Source: Eledone cirrhosa (Eukaryota). From it: a stretch of DNA of 64,000 bases. Below, one piece after another: positions 44,498 through 58,439 of the stretch; positions within the stretch are counted from its first letter, which is position 1; every line of letters begins with the position of its first letter. The translations under genes were made by a program, and so were the position numbers. The stretch lies in the NCBI GenBank assembly GCA_964016885.1, contig OZ024743.1, positions 376,092,001-376,156,000 on the forward strand, written 5' to 3'. The notes below the pieces were generated by a model that saw only the letters and a list, made by a program, of their open reading frames with translations, had not been told where the DNA came from and made no database searches.

Positions 44498-47400
44498 TTG
44501 AGAGTTGGCTGTTTGAACGCGCGTGGCCTGGGCTCAGCTTGGAAGCAAGCAAAGCTTCTAAGTGACCTCAGGTCACAAAGTATAGATGTGATGGTTGTTT
44601 GCGAGAGTCGGATCAGCAGCGTGAGACAGCTCGCGCCCGCCTTCGATGACTTTGAGATGCACGCATCTCTCTGTCAACCCGGAGGCGGGGGGGGGGGGAG
44701 TTGCCGTACTGCTGGATAAACGTCTGACTCTCGACGTACAGATTGTTCACTCGGACCCGGGGGGTCGATTACTGGTGCTGGACGTCGGAGGTGGTGAAGG
44801 CGGGGCTTTCAGACTGGTCGGTCTTTATGCCCCCTTCGGGGCGGAAAGAGCCGACTTCTTCCAGCGTCTGGAGATTTTTCTAGGAACGTCGCGTTCCCTG
44901 CTTTTAGTGGGGGACTGGAATGGAATCCTAGATGCGCGTTGGGACTATGCAGGGGCATGTCCCGATAGAGGGGGGTGTAGCAGCCTCAAGGGGTTACTCG
45001 ATCGATTCGACCTGGTCGATAGATTTCGACTAGATTGTCCAACTGCACCAACCTGGACCTGGGCAAACCGCAGTGGACAATCTAGATCGTACCTAGATAG
45101 GTTTTTGGTTAGGAGTAAGGATAGGGACGTATTTAGTTGTCCAGTATTGATCATGGTTGGCTATTCAGATCACAAATTAGTGACCTGCGTGGTCAACCTT
45201 GATAGAACGCATAGACAGGGTCCCGGTTACTGGAAGATGAACTTGTCCTTGCCGGCAAAGAAAGATTACAGGAACCGGATTAGTAGCTTAGTTAAGATGC
45301 GGTTGACGGGAGCGATCGTCAACAGTAGGTGGTGGGTATCTCTAAAGAGAGAGATTAGAGTAAGTTCGATAGGTTACAGTAAGGAACTAGCGGCGAATAG
45401 AAATAGGAAGGAAAGGGAGTTAACAGATAAACTAGAAGAGGCGATTAGGAGCGGAGACGTAGCCAGAGTGTTAGCGGCGAGAACGGCGTTGAGCCAGTTC
45501 TTTGACGCGAAGCACGAAGGCTGCGTTGTCCGAAGTAAAATACGTGCTTTAGGAAACGAGGGGACCAAAGCTGTTAGCTGGGCCCGCGTGACAGAAGCCA
45601 AGAGTGGGATTAAATCCACCATTCGGTCTTTGCGAGGCCTTTCAAAGGCACTTTGCTCGACTGTTCGGAGGGGGCGGGGGGCCGGACGGGGATGTGGACT
45701 TCGGTCCATACCTCGACGGTCTACCGCGTCTTTCGAGCGGCGAAGCGGAGTGCTGCGAAAGGCCAATCACAGCCACTGAAATCGGGGAAGCGCTCAGCCA
45801 ATGCAGCAGACGCAAATCCCCGGGTCTCGATGGTCTACCATACGAATTTTATTTAGCTATGCCGGTCTTGTTCTCCGAACTCCTCGAGGCTGTCTATTGC
45901 AACTGGCAACAGAACGGGAGAATTCCCTGTTCTGTGACCAAGGGCGTGGTCACGCTAGCGAGGAAGGACGAGAGCAAGGGGGACGACTTAAGTAACTTTA
46001 GGCCCATAACTCTGCTGAATGCAGAGTTACAGATTTTGGCCAAGGTGTTGGCGAAGAGGTTGGCGCTTGTGGTGGGTGGTTTGGTGGGAGACGCGCAGAC
46101 ATGCGCTATCCCGTCCAGGTCCATTCACGACAACCTCCACCTCATGCGATACATCATAGAGAGGGTTGGCAACGAACCCGGCTTTGGTGGGGCCCTGATC
46201 AACTTGGATCAATCTAAGGCGTTCGATAGGGTCGACCATGGTTACCTGGATGCGGTGCTAGCGGCGGCGGGCTTCGGACCCGTTTTCAGAGGCTGGATTT
46301 CTGCCATGCACAGTGGCAACATCTACTCTAGGATTAAAGTAAACGGCTACCTCTCGGAGCCGTTTCAAATCACCCGATCCATCAGACAGGGGTGCCCCCT
46401 CTCCTCCCTTCTGTACGTATTGACTCTCGAGCCACTGCTGCGGAAGTTGGAGTTGCTGCGGGGCATACCCCTGGAACCGGGATTGCACAAAGCGGTCTCG
46501 GCCTATGCCGACGACGTAACAGTAATGGTGGCGGACACCTCGGAAATCGGGGCGATCGCCACCCTACTGGAGGAATACGAAAGGCTGACGGGGGCTAGGC
46601 TGAACCAGGACAAGTCAGTCGGTTTGCAACTCGGAACGTGGAGGGGCAAACCGATGCCGTTAGACGGTGTCGTCGGGCGGTGGACGGAGGGCCCGGTGAA
46701 GCTGCTCGGGGTCTGGTTCGGACCGGACCTCCAGGTGGAGAAGAATTGGGGCGAGGTGACGAGCAGGGTGTTTGCGCTGACCCAGAAGTGGGCCAAGTGC
46801 AAACTATCACTGAAAGGTCGGGCAGAGGTGACGAACGCTTACATAGCGTCCGTCATCTACTACTGCCTGACCGTCGTGCCTTGCCCCAAGGAAAAGCTCA
46901 CCATCATGGAACGCATGCTCTTCCAGTTCCTCTGGAAGAAGCGGCCTCCCATGGTGAGGAGATCCATCTGCTGCCAGCACCCTTCGAAAGGAGGGCTGGG
47001 TATGCCGTGGCTGTTGATGCGTAGGCACGCATTGAGGCTACGGCATCTACAGGTATTCCTCAACGGTCAGCCGGTGTGGGCCCCGTTTGTGAGGCGAGCC
47101 TTCCCACAGCTCGTCTCGCTCACCGAACTGCAATCCTGGGTGAAGCAAAGACCGAGAAAACTGGGCAACTGGCACACCGAGTGTGCCCAGGCGCTCACGG
47201 CTATCTGGCAAGCGGACCCGACTGTCAGTGGAGAATCCACCTCGACATTCTATAGAGGGTTGGTGGCTAGCAGGGGCGACGACACCCTTGGAGAGTCGCT
47301 AGGCATGGAGGAGGACGAACTGGCCAGCCTGTTCGGTAGAACTTTCGGCCCGGGACCCATGGACAACTTCCAGAGGTCCCTAGCCTGGCAGTGTTACCGG

Positions 47401-47886
47401 GGGGCTCTGCCCGTTCGAGAAAAGCTCTACAGACACGGGCGCCCGGGCAGGGATCCCGCGAAAAAGATCTGTCCCAGATGCGTGCGCGACGAGGAAACCG
47501 TTGCGCATGCACTGGTACACTGCCCGGGCGTTGCCGATCTGTGGGGCTACGTCGAACGACTGCTGTCGCGTGTGGCGCCGATTCGATTAACCGCCGAGTC
47601 TGTGGTGAACATCAAGCCGCCTCCTCCCTTCAGAAATGAAGCAGAGGCGGTCTTTCTGTGCGTAATAGCCATGATGAAAAAGGTTGTGTGGTGGACGCGC
47701 CTGAAAGGTCTGAGGTCGGGTGACTTTCTCTCCGGCCATCACCTGGTTTACTTCTTCCGATACCACTTCGGAAGAAGGATCATGATGGAGAGAGAAGTGC
47801 TTGGTCCCAGACAGTTTTATGAAAGGTGGGTGAAAGAAGCGAGAATGGCCCGTGTAAATGGGCCTTCTCTCTACATTGTTCTGTAG
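44498..47886 (+). pseudogene. Tx1/L1 ORF2: AP endonuclease + RT + C-terminal CCHC, frameshifted at poly-G ~44690 and at ~45630
   Basis: CLNARGL, VGDWN, SYLDRFL, SDHKLV, GPGYWKMN, KSPGLDGLP, NFRPITLLN, LDQSKAFDRVDH, RQGCPLS, YADD, CPRC..EETVAHALVHC. Confidence 0.9.
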
Positions 47887-48430
47887 GTGAAGAAGTGAAG
47901 AGGAAAGGGGGAGCGCCTCCTCTCTGGGCTTCCCCCGCGAAAAGAGTTGCACACTTTTCGGGGGTATGTGCAATCCCCAACACGCCCCCTCCCTTTTGAG
48001 GACTTTTTATTGTTATATTATTATTGTTATTCCTTTTTTCTTTACTCGATTTATGTAAACTCCCCCACTGTGTAAATGTCCCCTTCTTTTGTGCCCTCGT
48101 GGCAAATAAATAGAAATTTATCTACCTGTCTATCTATTTACCTGTCTATCTATTTATCTATCTACCTACCTATCTACCTATGTATCTGTCTATCTATTTA
48201 TCTATCTACCTACTTATAACCCCCCTCTCTCGTTCTCTCTTTATATATATATATATATAGATATATATATGTATATATACATACATACATATATATATAT
48301 ATAGTAATAATAATTACGAAGACTAAAATCCGAAGAGGGCTCGATAAGGATTGTGTGTGTGTGCGCGCGTGTGTGTGTGTGTGTGTGCGTATATATAAAA
48401 CTGCAGTGCGCAGAGCAATTATTTATTATT

Positions 48431-48482
48431 AGTTTCTGAAAATCCCATAATAGGGTGAAAGCAGAAATTCTTCGCTTCAACT
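48431..48482 (+). ncRNA. Degenerate hammerhead, relative of 24511-24561
   Basis: agttt CTGAAAA tccc-ataata-gggt GAAA gc..gc TT caact. Confidence 0.5.
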
Positions 48483-48813
48483 TTAATCTGTACTAATAAT
48501 ATATATCATATGTGGTAATCCAGCCCATTGTTTAAACACTATTTATAACAGTTAGTACAACTGAAGATAAATTGATGATAGGGGTAGTTAAATTTAAATT
48601 TTATTTCAGTACAATACCAGTATGTGGAAATAAATCCATATACTAGTAACCAGGCTTAAAACAACAGAAAAGAATGGAAAATAAAATAAAAGAAAGAAAC
48701 CCCACATATATAAATTCGCACTTCAAATTGTTTCCCCAGTGACTTAAAAATGTATTGAGGTTTAAAACTTCTTGGCATATCTCAACCAGGTTGATCTCTG
48801 AATACTATACTAT

Positions 48814-48857
<44 letters not shown>

Positions 48858-48858
<1 letters not shown>

Positions 48859-50495
48859 AACCAAACACCACCTCTAGCATCAAACACCAGAGGCTCACCT
48901 TATACCACATACCCAACACTCACTGATCTAATATAACACAAGCAGCGACATCCCTCTAGAACCCTTCACAGGGGGAATACCCATCTGTACCCCTACTTTA
49001 GGAGTGACAACACCCACTCGCTTGAACTGCACTGCACCACTTTATAGTTAATTTAAGCATTCAATTGATTGTCTTGTTGGTGTTGTGCGGAGGAAGTGCC
49101 ATCGTTGGACAAATGAAAAACGAATTAATCTAGTAACGCTGATGAGCAGTATGACCGGTACGCTGAGTGCAGTGAATGAATGTATTGCAGGTGGCGTATG
49201 GGTTGTACATATATGGATGATTTGATGGTCAGATTAGAGTCATGGAGACTGTGGATTGACCTCTGGTCGGCCCTGGTGATGATTATCTTTCGTCATCCAA
49301 TGTAGCAAGCGATGACCCAGAACTTACCAGAGATCATTATGTGTTGATACGATCTGAGTTCAAATCCCGCCGAGGTTGACTTTGCCTTTCATCCTTACGG
49401 GGTCGATAAAATAAAGTACCAGTAATACACTGATATAATTGCTGGCCTTGTGCCTAAAGTAGAAACAATTATGTGTTGAAGTGATTCTGCAATCAACGTG
49501 CCTGGTCCTTTGGGTAGACTGCAACCACAGAGATCATTAATTTAGAATCCTCGCTCGACGTGTATAATATTCATTCGTGGCACTCTACGATGGGGGTTAA
49601 TCACCATAATAATAAGAACACCTCAGCACAACTTAATAGACTACCCTATAGTTAAAACACTTTAAATTTTAGAAATTTTTTAGAAATTGCGCATAACCAT
49701 ATAAGTTAGGGTCTATTTTGAGACACATTATAATAGTTAGTAATAGAAACCACGGAGTTACCTCCCCTCATGCATTAACTCCCCTTAGCCACACACACAC
49801 TTCCGGGTAGTATTTCGATGTCGATTCTCGAAACGTAACATCCTCCTGTATTGAACTAAGGAACATCAGACTACGATTCTCTAACTGGATTGTCAAAGCC
49901 CAATATCGAATCGTCGTGGATTATGTGAGGGGCATATAATCTGAAAAATACGCTCCCCAGACTATGAAAATGTCGAAGTGCATGAAGTCCATATCATCGC
50001 TTCGCTGCGCATTTCCAATATTTTTAATGCTTACACTATTTTTAATACTTATATTATTTCTCCACACACAGACTATAACAATCATATAAAGAATTCGTCA
50101 CCAGATCAACCAACGTAACACTCTCGATTACCTGCTTAAGTGCTTTTACTACACGTAACTCTCTGCCGCACTATATAAACATGACGCACGTGCTTGCCAC
50201 ACATATAACCTCTGCTCTATATAACCGCTTAATTTCATGTATTTTAACCTGTATTTTTGATTGTATCTTTTAATATGAATGTAATCTCTAAGTGTGTACT
50301 GCCACTCTAAAATGCTGTAATGAATGTTGACCCACAATATTTGCATATGTATCTGTATGTCTCTTGGGTGAAAAGGAGGTCATATAAGTGTTCATTCAAT
50401 AATAAATTGCTCCGAAGAAACCAAACCTCGGTTTGGAGGAAACAGTTGTAAGCACAAAAATGTTTTGAACAGTTCTTTGATTCTTATAATTCATA
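48858..50495 (+). mobile_element. Solo copy of the 3' region/pLTR of the 26075-28330 PLE family
   Basis: Co-linear with ~26817-28331; hammerhead-like motif at 50408-50454; flanked by (TA)n. Confidence 0.85.
49348..49467 (+). mobile_element. 5'-truncated OK-type SINE with 12-bp target-site duplication
   Basis: TSD attatgtgttga at 49336-49347 and 49468-49479; absent from the paralogous site at ~27296-27307. Confidence 0.85.
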
Positions 50496-50654
50496 TATAT
50501 ATATTCTTATATATATATATTTTGAGTATATGCTGGTTGTTTACCAGCACCTCAGTATGCAGATTGGAGCACTCGACGAAGTACGCAGACTGGTTTGTTT
50601 ATTCCGGAGTAATGTAAAATAATTAAATCAAATATGTAAAATTTGGCTTCGTTT

Positions 50655-51006
50655 ATTATAAATTATAGATATACTGCTATATATATTTCGATGACAGCCA
50701 TCATTGGCTGTGAGATCTTCAGGCAGTCCGAATTGGTGTGTGAGAGACAGGTACACATGTTGTTGAAGTGTGTTTTACTCCGTCAATACATTGATATGTC
50801 CAGCTCCTGGTTGCGTTGTTATTTCGAGTTCCTCAGAGAAATAACAACGCAACCAGGAGCTGGACATATCGGAGTATTGACGGAGTAAAACACACTTCAA
50901 CATCTGTACCTGTCTCTCCTCCACCAATTCGGACTGCCTGAAGAGGTCACAGCCAATGATGGCTGTCACCGAAATATATATAGCAGTATATCTATAATTT
51001 ATATAA
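50655..51006. repeat. ~350-bp palindrome with two divergently oriented hammerheads
   Basis: Centre ~50830 (tttcgagttcctcagagaaa); arms mirror each other. Confidence 0.9.
50933..50987 (+). ncRNA. Type I hammerhead ribozyme (inverted twin at 50673-50727)
   Basis: actgc CTGAAGA ggtc-acagcc-aatgat-ggctgt-cacc GAAA tatata TA gcagt. Confidence 0.8.
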
Positions 51007-51056
51007 TGCTACTGTGCGTCTGTATACATATATGTATGTACGTATACATACATACT

Positions 51057-51127
<71 letters not shown>

Positions 51128-51507
51128 GTATATATATATTTCTGAAGACGGCATATATGTGTGTTTGGTATGTATATTTAATCTTGATAGTTTGTATAAT
51201 TTTGTATAATTTTGTACATAGATCTGTTGAATATGCATGCCAATTCTAACACATATATATCCTAGAAACGATCGTTAAATAATGAACTTTTTTTGTTTAA
51301 TATAAGGAACTGTTTCATTGTTTTATTCATTATTTGTTTAATATTTTATCTTGACTCTGTATTCCGTTTATCTTTCACCGAAAGTGATTTTTCATTACAT
51401 CTCTTCTTTCCATGATATCTGGAATACATTGAGTTCTTCATACGGATTGGACACTACCGTAAACTCTTGGTAGATTTATCTACATATATATATATATATA
51501 TATATAA

Positions 51508-51695
51508 AACGGAAGAAATATGGTAAGGAACCAGGTGGACCATAACGCACCAAAGTACTCGATACTTAGGGTAGTAGAGTGGGTAATAGGAACAAGTAGG
51601 ACCCCGACGGCTGAGCTCAAGCCGTTTAGACGGCTAATTCTGAATTAGCCGTCTAAACGGCTTGAGCTCAGCCGCCGGGGTCCTACTTGTTCCTA
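51508..51695. repeat. Family C pLTR end with a palindrome (51587-51695) of the hammerhead 3' half
   Basis: gacggctgagctcaagccgtttagacggctaattc t gaattagccgtctaaacggcttgagctcagccg; GAAA is mutated to TAAA in both arms. Confidence 0.8.
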
Positions 51696-52016
51696 TATAT
51701 ATATATATATAATCATTTAAGTTTGGTGGTTCACTACTGGATAGAACTGGTCATTCAGTATAGCCAACCATGATGTAATATTAGGAAAATATGTGTATGT
51801 ATGCGATAGAGTGTTAATTGTGCAGAGGTCGAGCAAAGTTATCTACCTTTCTAACCAATAAGATGCACATCTTCCTACTTGTTTCTTTATAATTCCATTG
51901 ACACATGGAATAACAATCCTCGTAATTGAAATTTTGCTAATATCTATTGTACTATGTTATACAACTTGTAGTTACTTTTTTTGATGTTCTTTTACATACA
52001 CACACACACTTATAAC

Positions 52017-52055
<39 letters not shown>

Positions 52056-52996
52056 TGCTCATACATGTTTGACTGTGTATGTGTGTGTGTGAGCGTGTGT
52101 GTAAGTGTGTACGTCTATGTTTATATATAAATAAATAAATAAATAAATAAATATATATATATATATATAGTGTACTAGCACCATATATATAAATAAATAT
52201 ATATATATGTGTACTAGCACCATATATATAAATATATATATATTTATATATATATATATATTACATGTAGAACACCACACCACCGAATGGCGTTATGTAT
52301 TATGTGTTATCTGTTATATTCTCTATTGTATCCTTTATGTTTTTTACGTTTGAAGAATCTTTAACCTAGAAAAATATTCCAATTTAGAAATGTACCACAA
52401 ACTTTTTTCCATCATGCCTAGTTTGTTGATGACTTCTACTTCCGGTTTAATCTTTTTTCACCTCCTTCCTCACATAGAAGTCGAAATTATTTTACTGCTT
52501 GAAAAATGCGTGCACACAGCGGGAAAGAAAGCATGCGAAATAAATGAATTCTACATAATTTTTCTTCTGTGTTTGAAAAGTAAGCTTTTTACTTATTAGA
52601 AATCCAGAGAGAAAGACAAAATAGCAATTATTTGCCTTCAGTTTTCTTCTCTTTGTACTTCTGTTCGTTTTATTTGAGCTGAGATATAGGGAGGCAAAGG
52701 AAGCAACGGGTTAGAAGGGAACAAAGTTGGATGTATGTATATGAAGATACAAAGACAAATAGATAAAATAAAATAAAATGAAGAATATGGTAACGCTGAG
52801 GAGAGGAAGATATTCAAAATACCAGAATTTGACCGACCGCTTCATTTCGTGCCGATCGTCGGCAGGACCTTTAGTGTTCTTGGTCTTTGGACTGCTGTTT
52901 TACATCGAGACTTGACCGATCAATACCTATTGGTACTGGTTATCGTCGTCGTCGTTGAAACCCCTGAGGTCCTCGGTACGCAAACTGCCGTTTTGC

Positions 52997-53123
52997 TCAG
53001 CAATATTGGTAAGAGTGCATTCCGCCCGAGTAATGAACTCCATGAGGTGGAGTGGATGATACCGCGGGTGTCACTGGCTGTTCTCCCTGGAAATGCCTCA
53101 ACCATTCTGTCCGTTGTACGCAA
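52997..53123 (-). other. Candidate terminal coding exon of a host gene
   Basis: Non-repetitive, balanced-GC island; minus-strand ..atctcag acceptor-like site at ~53124; frame CVQRTEWLRHFQGEQPVTPAVSSTPPHGVHYSGGMHSYQYC*; no family recognised. Confidence 0.25.
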
Positions 53124-53348
53124 CTGAGATATACCGTGTCTAGACAGATGTGAAGAGTCTGCTCCTCTTTCCTTTCCTTTACTTTCACAATTTAATTTTT
53201 GTCTTTTTCTTTTTTTTTTACATTGCAAAATTTTGTAGTTAGAAACTTATAGGATCAGAGTAACAAGACTCACTATTTAGTCTTAATAAAAGGAATATTA
53301 AAACTCTACTTCGGTACTCTTTTCTCTCCACCATCAACGACATACGGA

Positions 53349-54358
<1,010 letters not shown>

Positions 54359-54459
54359 GACAAGAATTTTTATAATTCCGTCTAATATATTTTCCGTTTT
54401 AGTTGTTTTTATTGGAAATAAAAACAAAAACAAAATAAGAACGTAAACAACACAAGAAA

Positions 54460-54595
54460 TCAGCAACAACAACAACAGCAACACCAGGAGCAACAACAAC
54501 AGCAACACCAGCAGCAACAACAACAACAACAGCAACACCAGCAGCAACACGAACAGCATCAGCATCAACTGCAACAAGAAGATCAACAGCACTAA
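54460..54595. repeat. (CAA/CAG/CAC)n trinucleotide repeat
   Basis: Directly visible. Confidence 0.85.
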
Positions 54596-54721
54596 CAAAA
54601 ATATTTGCGGTTTGGTTTAAAGAATGGTGGGCAGTTTCAGAAACATATTGCTTGTATTCTGTGCCAAAGAATTGGCAACCGACAGAAACACAGCGAAGTT
54701 GTGTAAGGGTAGGAGTTGGGG

Positions 54722-54787
<66 letters not shown>

Positions 54788-55299
54788 GAGAGAGAGAGGA
54801 GCAAAGTGGAGAGTAGAGGCAGATTAAGAGATAGAGGTGAGTGAGGGAGAGGTAGATAGTTAGATAGTCGGAGAGAGAGAGGGGAGATAGATGTAGAGAG
54901 AGGGAGAGAGAGAGGTAAGTGGGGGAGAAGTGGATAGTTAGATAGCCGGAGAGAGAGAGAGGGGGAGAAGGAGAAGAGGTAGAGAGATAGGGGAGGGGGA
55001 GAGGGAGAGAGAGGTAGAGAGAGAGAGAGAGAGGTAAATGGGGGAGAGGCAGATAGATAGATATAAAGAGAGATGAGGTGCGTAGAGATAGATAAATGGG
55101 TAGATAAAAAGAGGGTGTGGATAGTGGGAGAGAGGTATGTAGATAAGCAGACTAAAAGAGAAAGAAACGGGGTAGGTAGCTAGATAGAAAGATAGATAGA
55201 GGAGAGAGCAGCGATGAGGTAAATAGATAGAGAGATCTAGGGAGATGTACCTGGGTAAATGTATAGGGAATGAGAGGGGTAGAGAGAACGAAGGAAAGT

Positions 55300-55640
55300 T
55301 AAATATTATAGATAATGAGCACAACTACAGGGAACATGGAAGAGCCTAACTCCCACTGTCATCGCCTTCATCTCTCTCGCCTTCCACATCTCTCTGTATG
55401 GTGAACAAGTGGGGTCCCACGTACAGGCCTCCCCACAGCCCCGGCGGACAGAATGGAGAAGGCGTTCCCCCGGAGGATGGTAAGGGAGATACGCTGGAAA
55501 AGCCATTCCAATTCGCGAGGCCTACAGCTGCGGCTGGTCAGCTCAGCGCCTATGGATGTGAGTAGGGAGAGAGCCCTAGGGCCAAGGACACCAAAAGTCT
55601 CCACTGCCAAGGGCATGACGGCAAACCTGTCGAAGAGAAG
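55300..55640 (-). mobile_element. 3' end of an RLE-type non-LTR retrotransposon (CRE-like)
   Basis: PLAVETFGVLGPRALSLL..IG..ELEWLFQRISLTILRGNA is the C-terminal signature after the restriction-like endonuclease; lies within GA/GATA-rich repeats. Confidence 0.75.
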
Positions 55641-55726
55641 GAAAGTTATCGAATTAAATAGGTAGATAAAGAGGAGTGAGAGTGAGGTAGAGGTAGATAG
55701 TTATATATATAGTGATGTAGATGGTG

Positions 55727-57990
55727 AGAGGTAGATAGATAAATAGATAGCTAGAGAGCGGGGGGAACCAAGGAGAGGTAGATGGATAAATAGATAGCTA
55801 GAGAGTGGATGAGCCAAGGAGAGGTAGATAGATAAATAGATAGCTAGAGAGCGAGGGAGCCAAGGAGAGGTAGATGGATAAATAGATAGCTAGAGAGCGA
55901 GGGAGCCAAGGAGAGGTAGATAGATAAATAGATAGCTAGAGAGCGGGGGGAGCCAAGGAGAGGTAGATGGATAAAGAGATAGCTAGAGAGTGGATGAGCC
56001 AAGGAGAGGTAGATAGATAAATAGATAGCTAGAGAGCGGGGGGAGCCAAGGAGAGGTAGATAGATAAATAGATAGCTAGAGAGCGGGGGAGCCAAGGAGA
56101 GGTAGATAGATAAATAGATAGCTAGAGAGCGGGGGGAGCCAAGGAGAGGTAGATGGATAAATAGATAGCTAGAGAGTGGATGAGCCAAGGAGAGGTAGAT
56201 AGATAAATAGATAGCTAGAGAGCGGGGGGAGCCAAGGAGAGGTAGATGGATAAATAGATAGCTAGAGAGCGGGGGGAGCCAAGGAGAGGTAGATGGATAA
56301 ATAGATAGTTAGAGAGCGGGGGAGCCAAGGAGAGGTAGATAGATAAATAGATAGCTAGAGAGCGGGGGAGCCAAGGAGAGGTAGATAAATAAATAGATAG
56401 CTAGAGAGCGGGGGAGCCAAGGAGAGGTAGATAAATAAATAGATAGCTAGAGAGCGGGGGAGCCAAGGAGAGGTAGATAGATAAATAGATAGCTAGAGAG
56501 CGGGGGGAGCCAAGGAGAGGTAGATAAATAAATAGATAGCTAGAGAGCGGGGGAGCCAAGGAGAGGTAGATAAATAAATAGATAGCTAGAGAGCGGGGGA
56601 GCCAAGGAGAGGTAGATAGATAAATATAGAGCTAGAGAGCGGGGGAGCCAAGGATAGATAGCTAGAGAGCGGCGGAGCTAAGGAGAGGTAGATGGATAAA
56701 TAGATAGCTAGAGAGCGGGGGAACCAAGGAGAGGTAGATAGATAAATAGATAGCTAGAGAGCGAGGGAGCCAAGGAGAGGTAGATGGATAAATCGATAGC
56801 TAGAGAGCGAGGGAGCCAAGGAGAGGTAGATGGATAAATAGATAGCTAGAGAGCGGCGGCGCCAAGGAGAGGTAGATAGATAAATATAGAGCTAGGGAGC
56901 GGGGGAGCCAAGGAGAGGTAGATAGATAAATAGATAGCTAGAGAGCGAGGGGAGCCAAGGAGAGGTAGATAGATAAATAGATAGCTAGAGAGCGGCGGAG
57001 CTAAGGAGAGGTAGATGGATAAATAGATAGCTAGAGAGCGGGGGAGCCAAGGAGAGGTAGATAAATAAATAGATAGCTAGAGAGCGGGGGAGCCAAGGAG
57101 AGGTAGATAAATAAATAGATAACTAGAGAGCGGGGGACCAAGGAGAGGTAGATAAATAAATAGATAGCTAGAGAGCGAGGGAGCCAAGGAGAGGTAGATA
57201 AATAAATAGATATCTAGAGAGCGGGGGAGCCAAGGAGAGGTAGATAGATAAATAGATAGCTAGAGAGCGGGGGAGCCAAGGAGAGGTAGATAAATAAATA
57301 GATAGCTAGAGAGCGGGGGAGCCAAGGAGAGGTAGATAAATAAATAGATAGCTAGAGAGCGGGGGAGCCAAGGAGAGGTAGATAGATAAATAGATAGCTA
57401 GAGAGCGGGGGGAGCCAAGGAGAGGTAGATAAATAAATAGATAGCTAGAGAGCGGGGGAGCCAAGGAGAGGTAGATAAATAAATAGATAGCTAGAGAGCG
57501 GGGGAGCCAAGGAGAGGTAGATAAATAAATAGATAGCTAGAGAGCGGGGGGAGCCAAGGAGAGGTAGATAAATAAATAGATAGCTAGAGAGCGGGGGGAG
57601 CCAAGGAGAGGTAGATAAATAAATAGATAGCTAGAGAGCGGGGGGAGCCAAGGAGAGGTAGATGGATAAATAGATAGCTAGAGAGTGGATGAGCCAAGGA
57701 GAGGTAGATAGATAAATAGATAGCTAGAGAGCGGGGGGAGCCAAGGAGAGGTAGATAGATAAATAGATAGCTAGAGAGCGGGGGAGCCAAGGAGAGGTAG
57801 ATAGATAAATAGATAGCTAGAGAGCGGGGGGAGCCAAGGAGAGGTAGATAGATAAATAGATAGCTAGAGAGCGGGGGAGCCAAGGAGAGGTAGATAGATA
57901 AATAGATAGCTAGAGAGCGGGGGAGCCAAGGAGAGGTAGATAAATAAATAGATAGCTAGAGAGCGGGGGAGCCAAGGAGCCAAGCGGGGG
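55727..57990. repeat. Minisatellite, 46-47 bp unit, roughly 48 copies
   Basis: Unit agccaaggagaggtagatagataaatagatagctagagagcggggg(g); variants tggatg, cgaggg, gatgga, gataaa. Confidence 0.95.
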
Positions 57991-58077
57991 AGCGGGGGAG
58001 CCAAGGGAGCCATACAGAGTGCGTAATAGATATGTATATTCATCTCTATATGTTTAGCGCTATCCATCTACGCGCAT

Positions 58078-58109
<32 letters not shown>

Positions 58110-58210
58110 ACACAGACACACAGACACACAGACACACAGACACACACACACACAGACACACACACACACACTGACACACACACACACTGACACACACTCA
58201 CTGACACACA

Positions 58211-58316
<106 letters not shown>

Positions 58317-58439
58317 CCTACAAACACAAACACACACAATCTCTAAGTAGTCACTTGACCTACTAGAAATAACAACCAAATCTTTTTCAAATTTCAATCT
58401 ATTGTTTAAAAAAGTGAGACGTATCTTCTTTAACTTTAA

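Larger units (their letters stand above)
42459..48118 (+). mobile_element. Near full-length L1/Tx1-clade non-LTR retrotransposon inserted in a (TATC)n tract
   Basis: 5' UTR, ORF1 with CCHC knuckle, ORF2 APE-RT-CCHC, 3' end ..gtggcAATAAAtagaaatt; (TATC)-like repeats on both flanks. Confidence 0.9.

Noticed and set aside
45374-47983. Many overlapping alternate-frame and antisense ORFs inside Tx1 ORF2
   Set aside because: Expected shadow ORFs in GC-rich coding DNA
54460-54595. PolyQ-like reading frame
   Set aside because: No start or splice context and flanked by stops; simple trinucleotide repeat
55727-57990. Regular repeat array that could be mistaken for CRISPR, plus repetitive ORFs
   Set aside because: Head-to-tail units with no unique spacers, no cas genes, eukaryotic context
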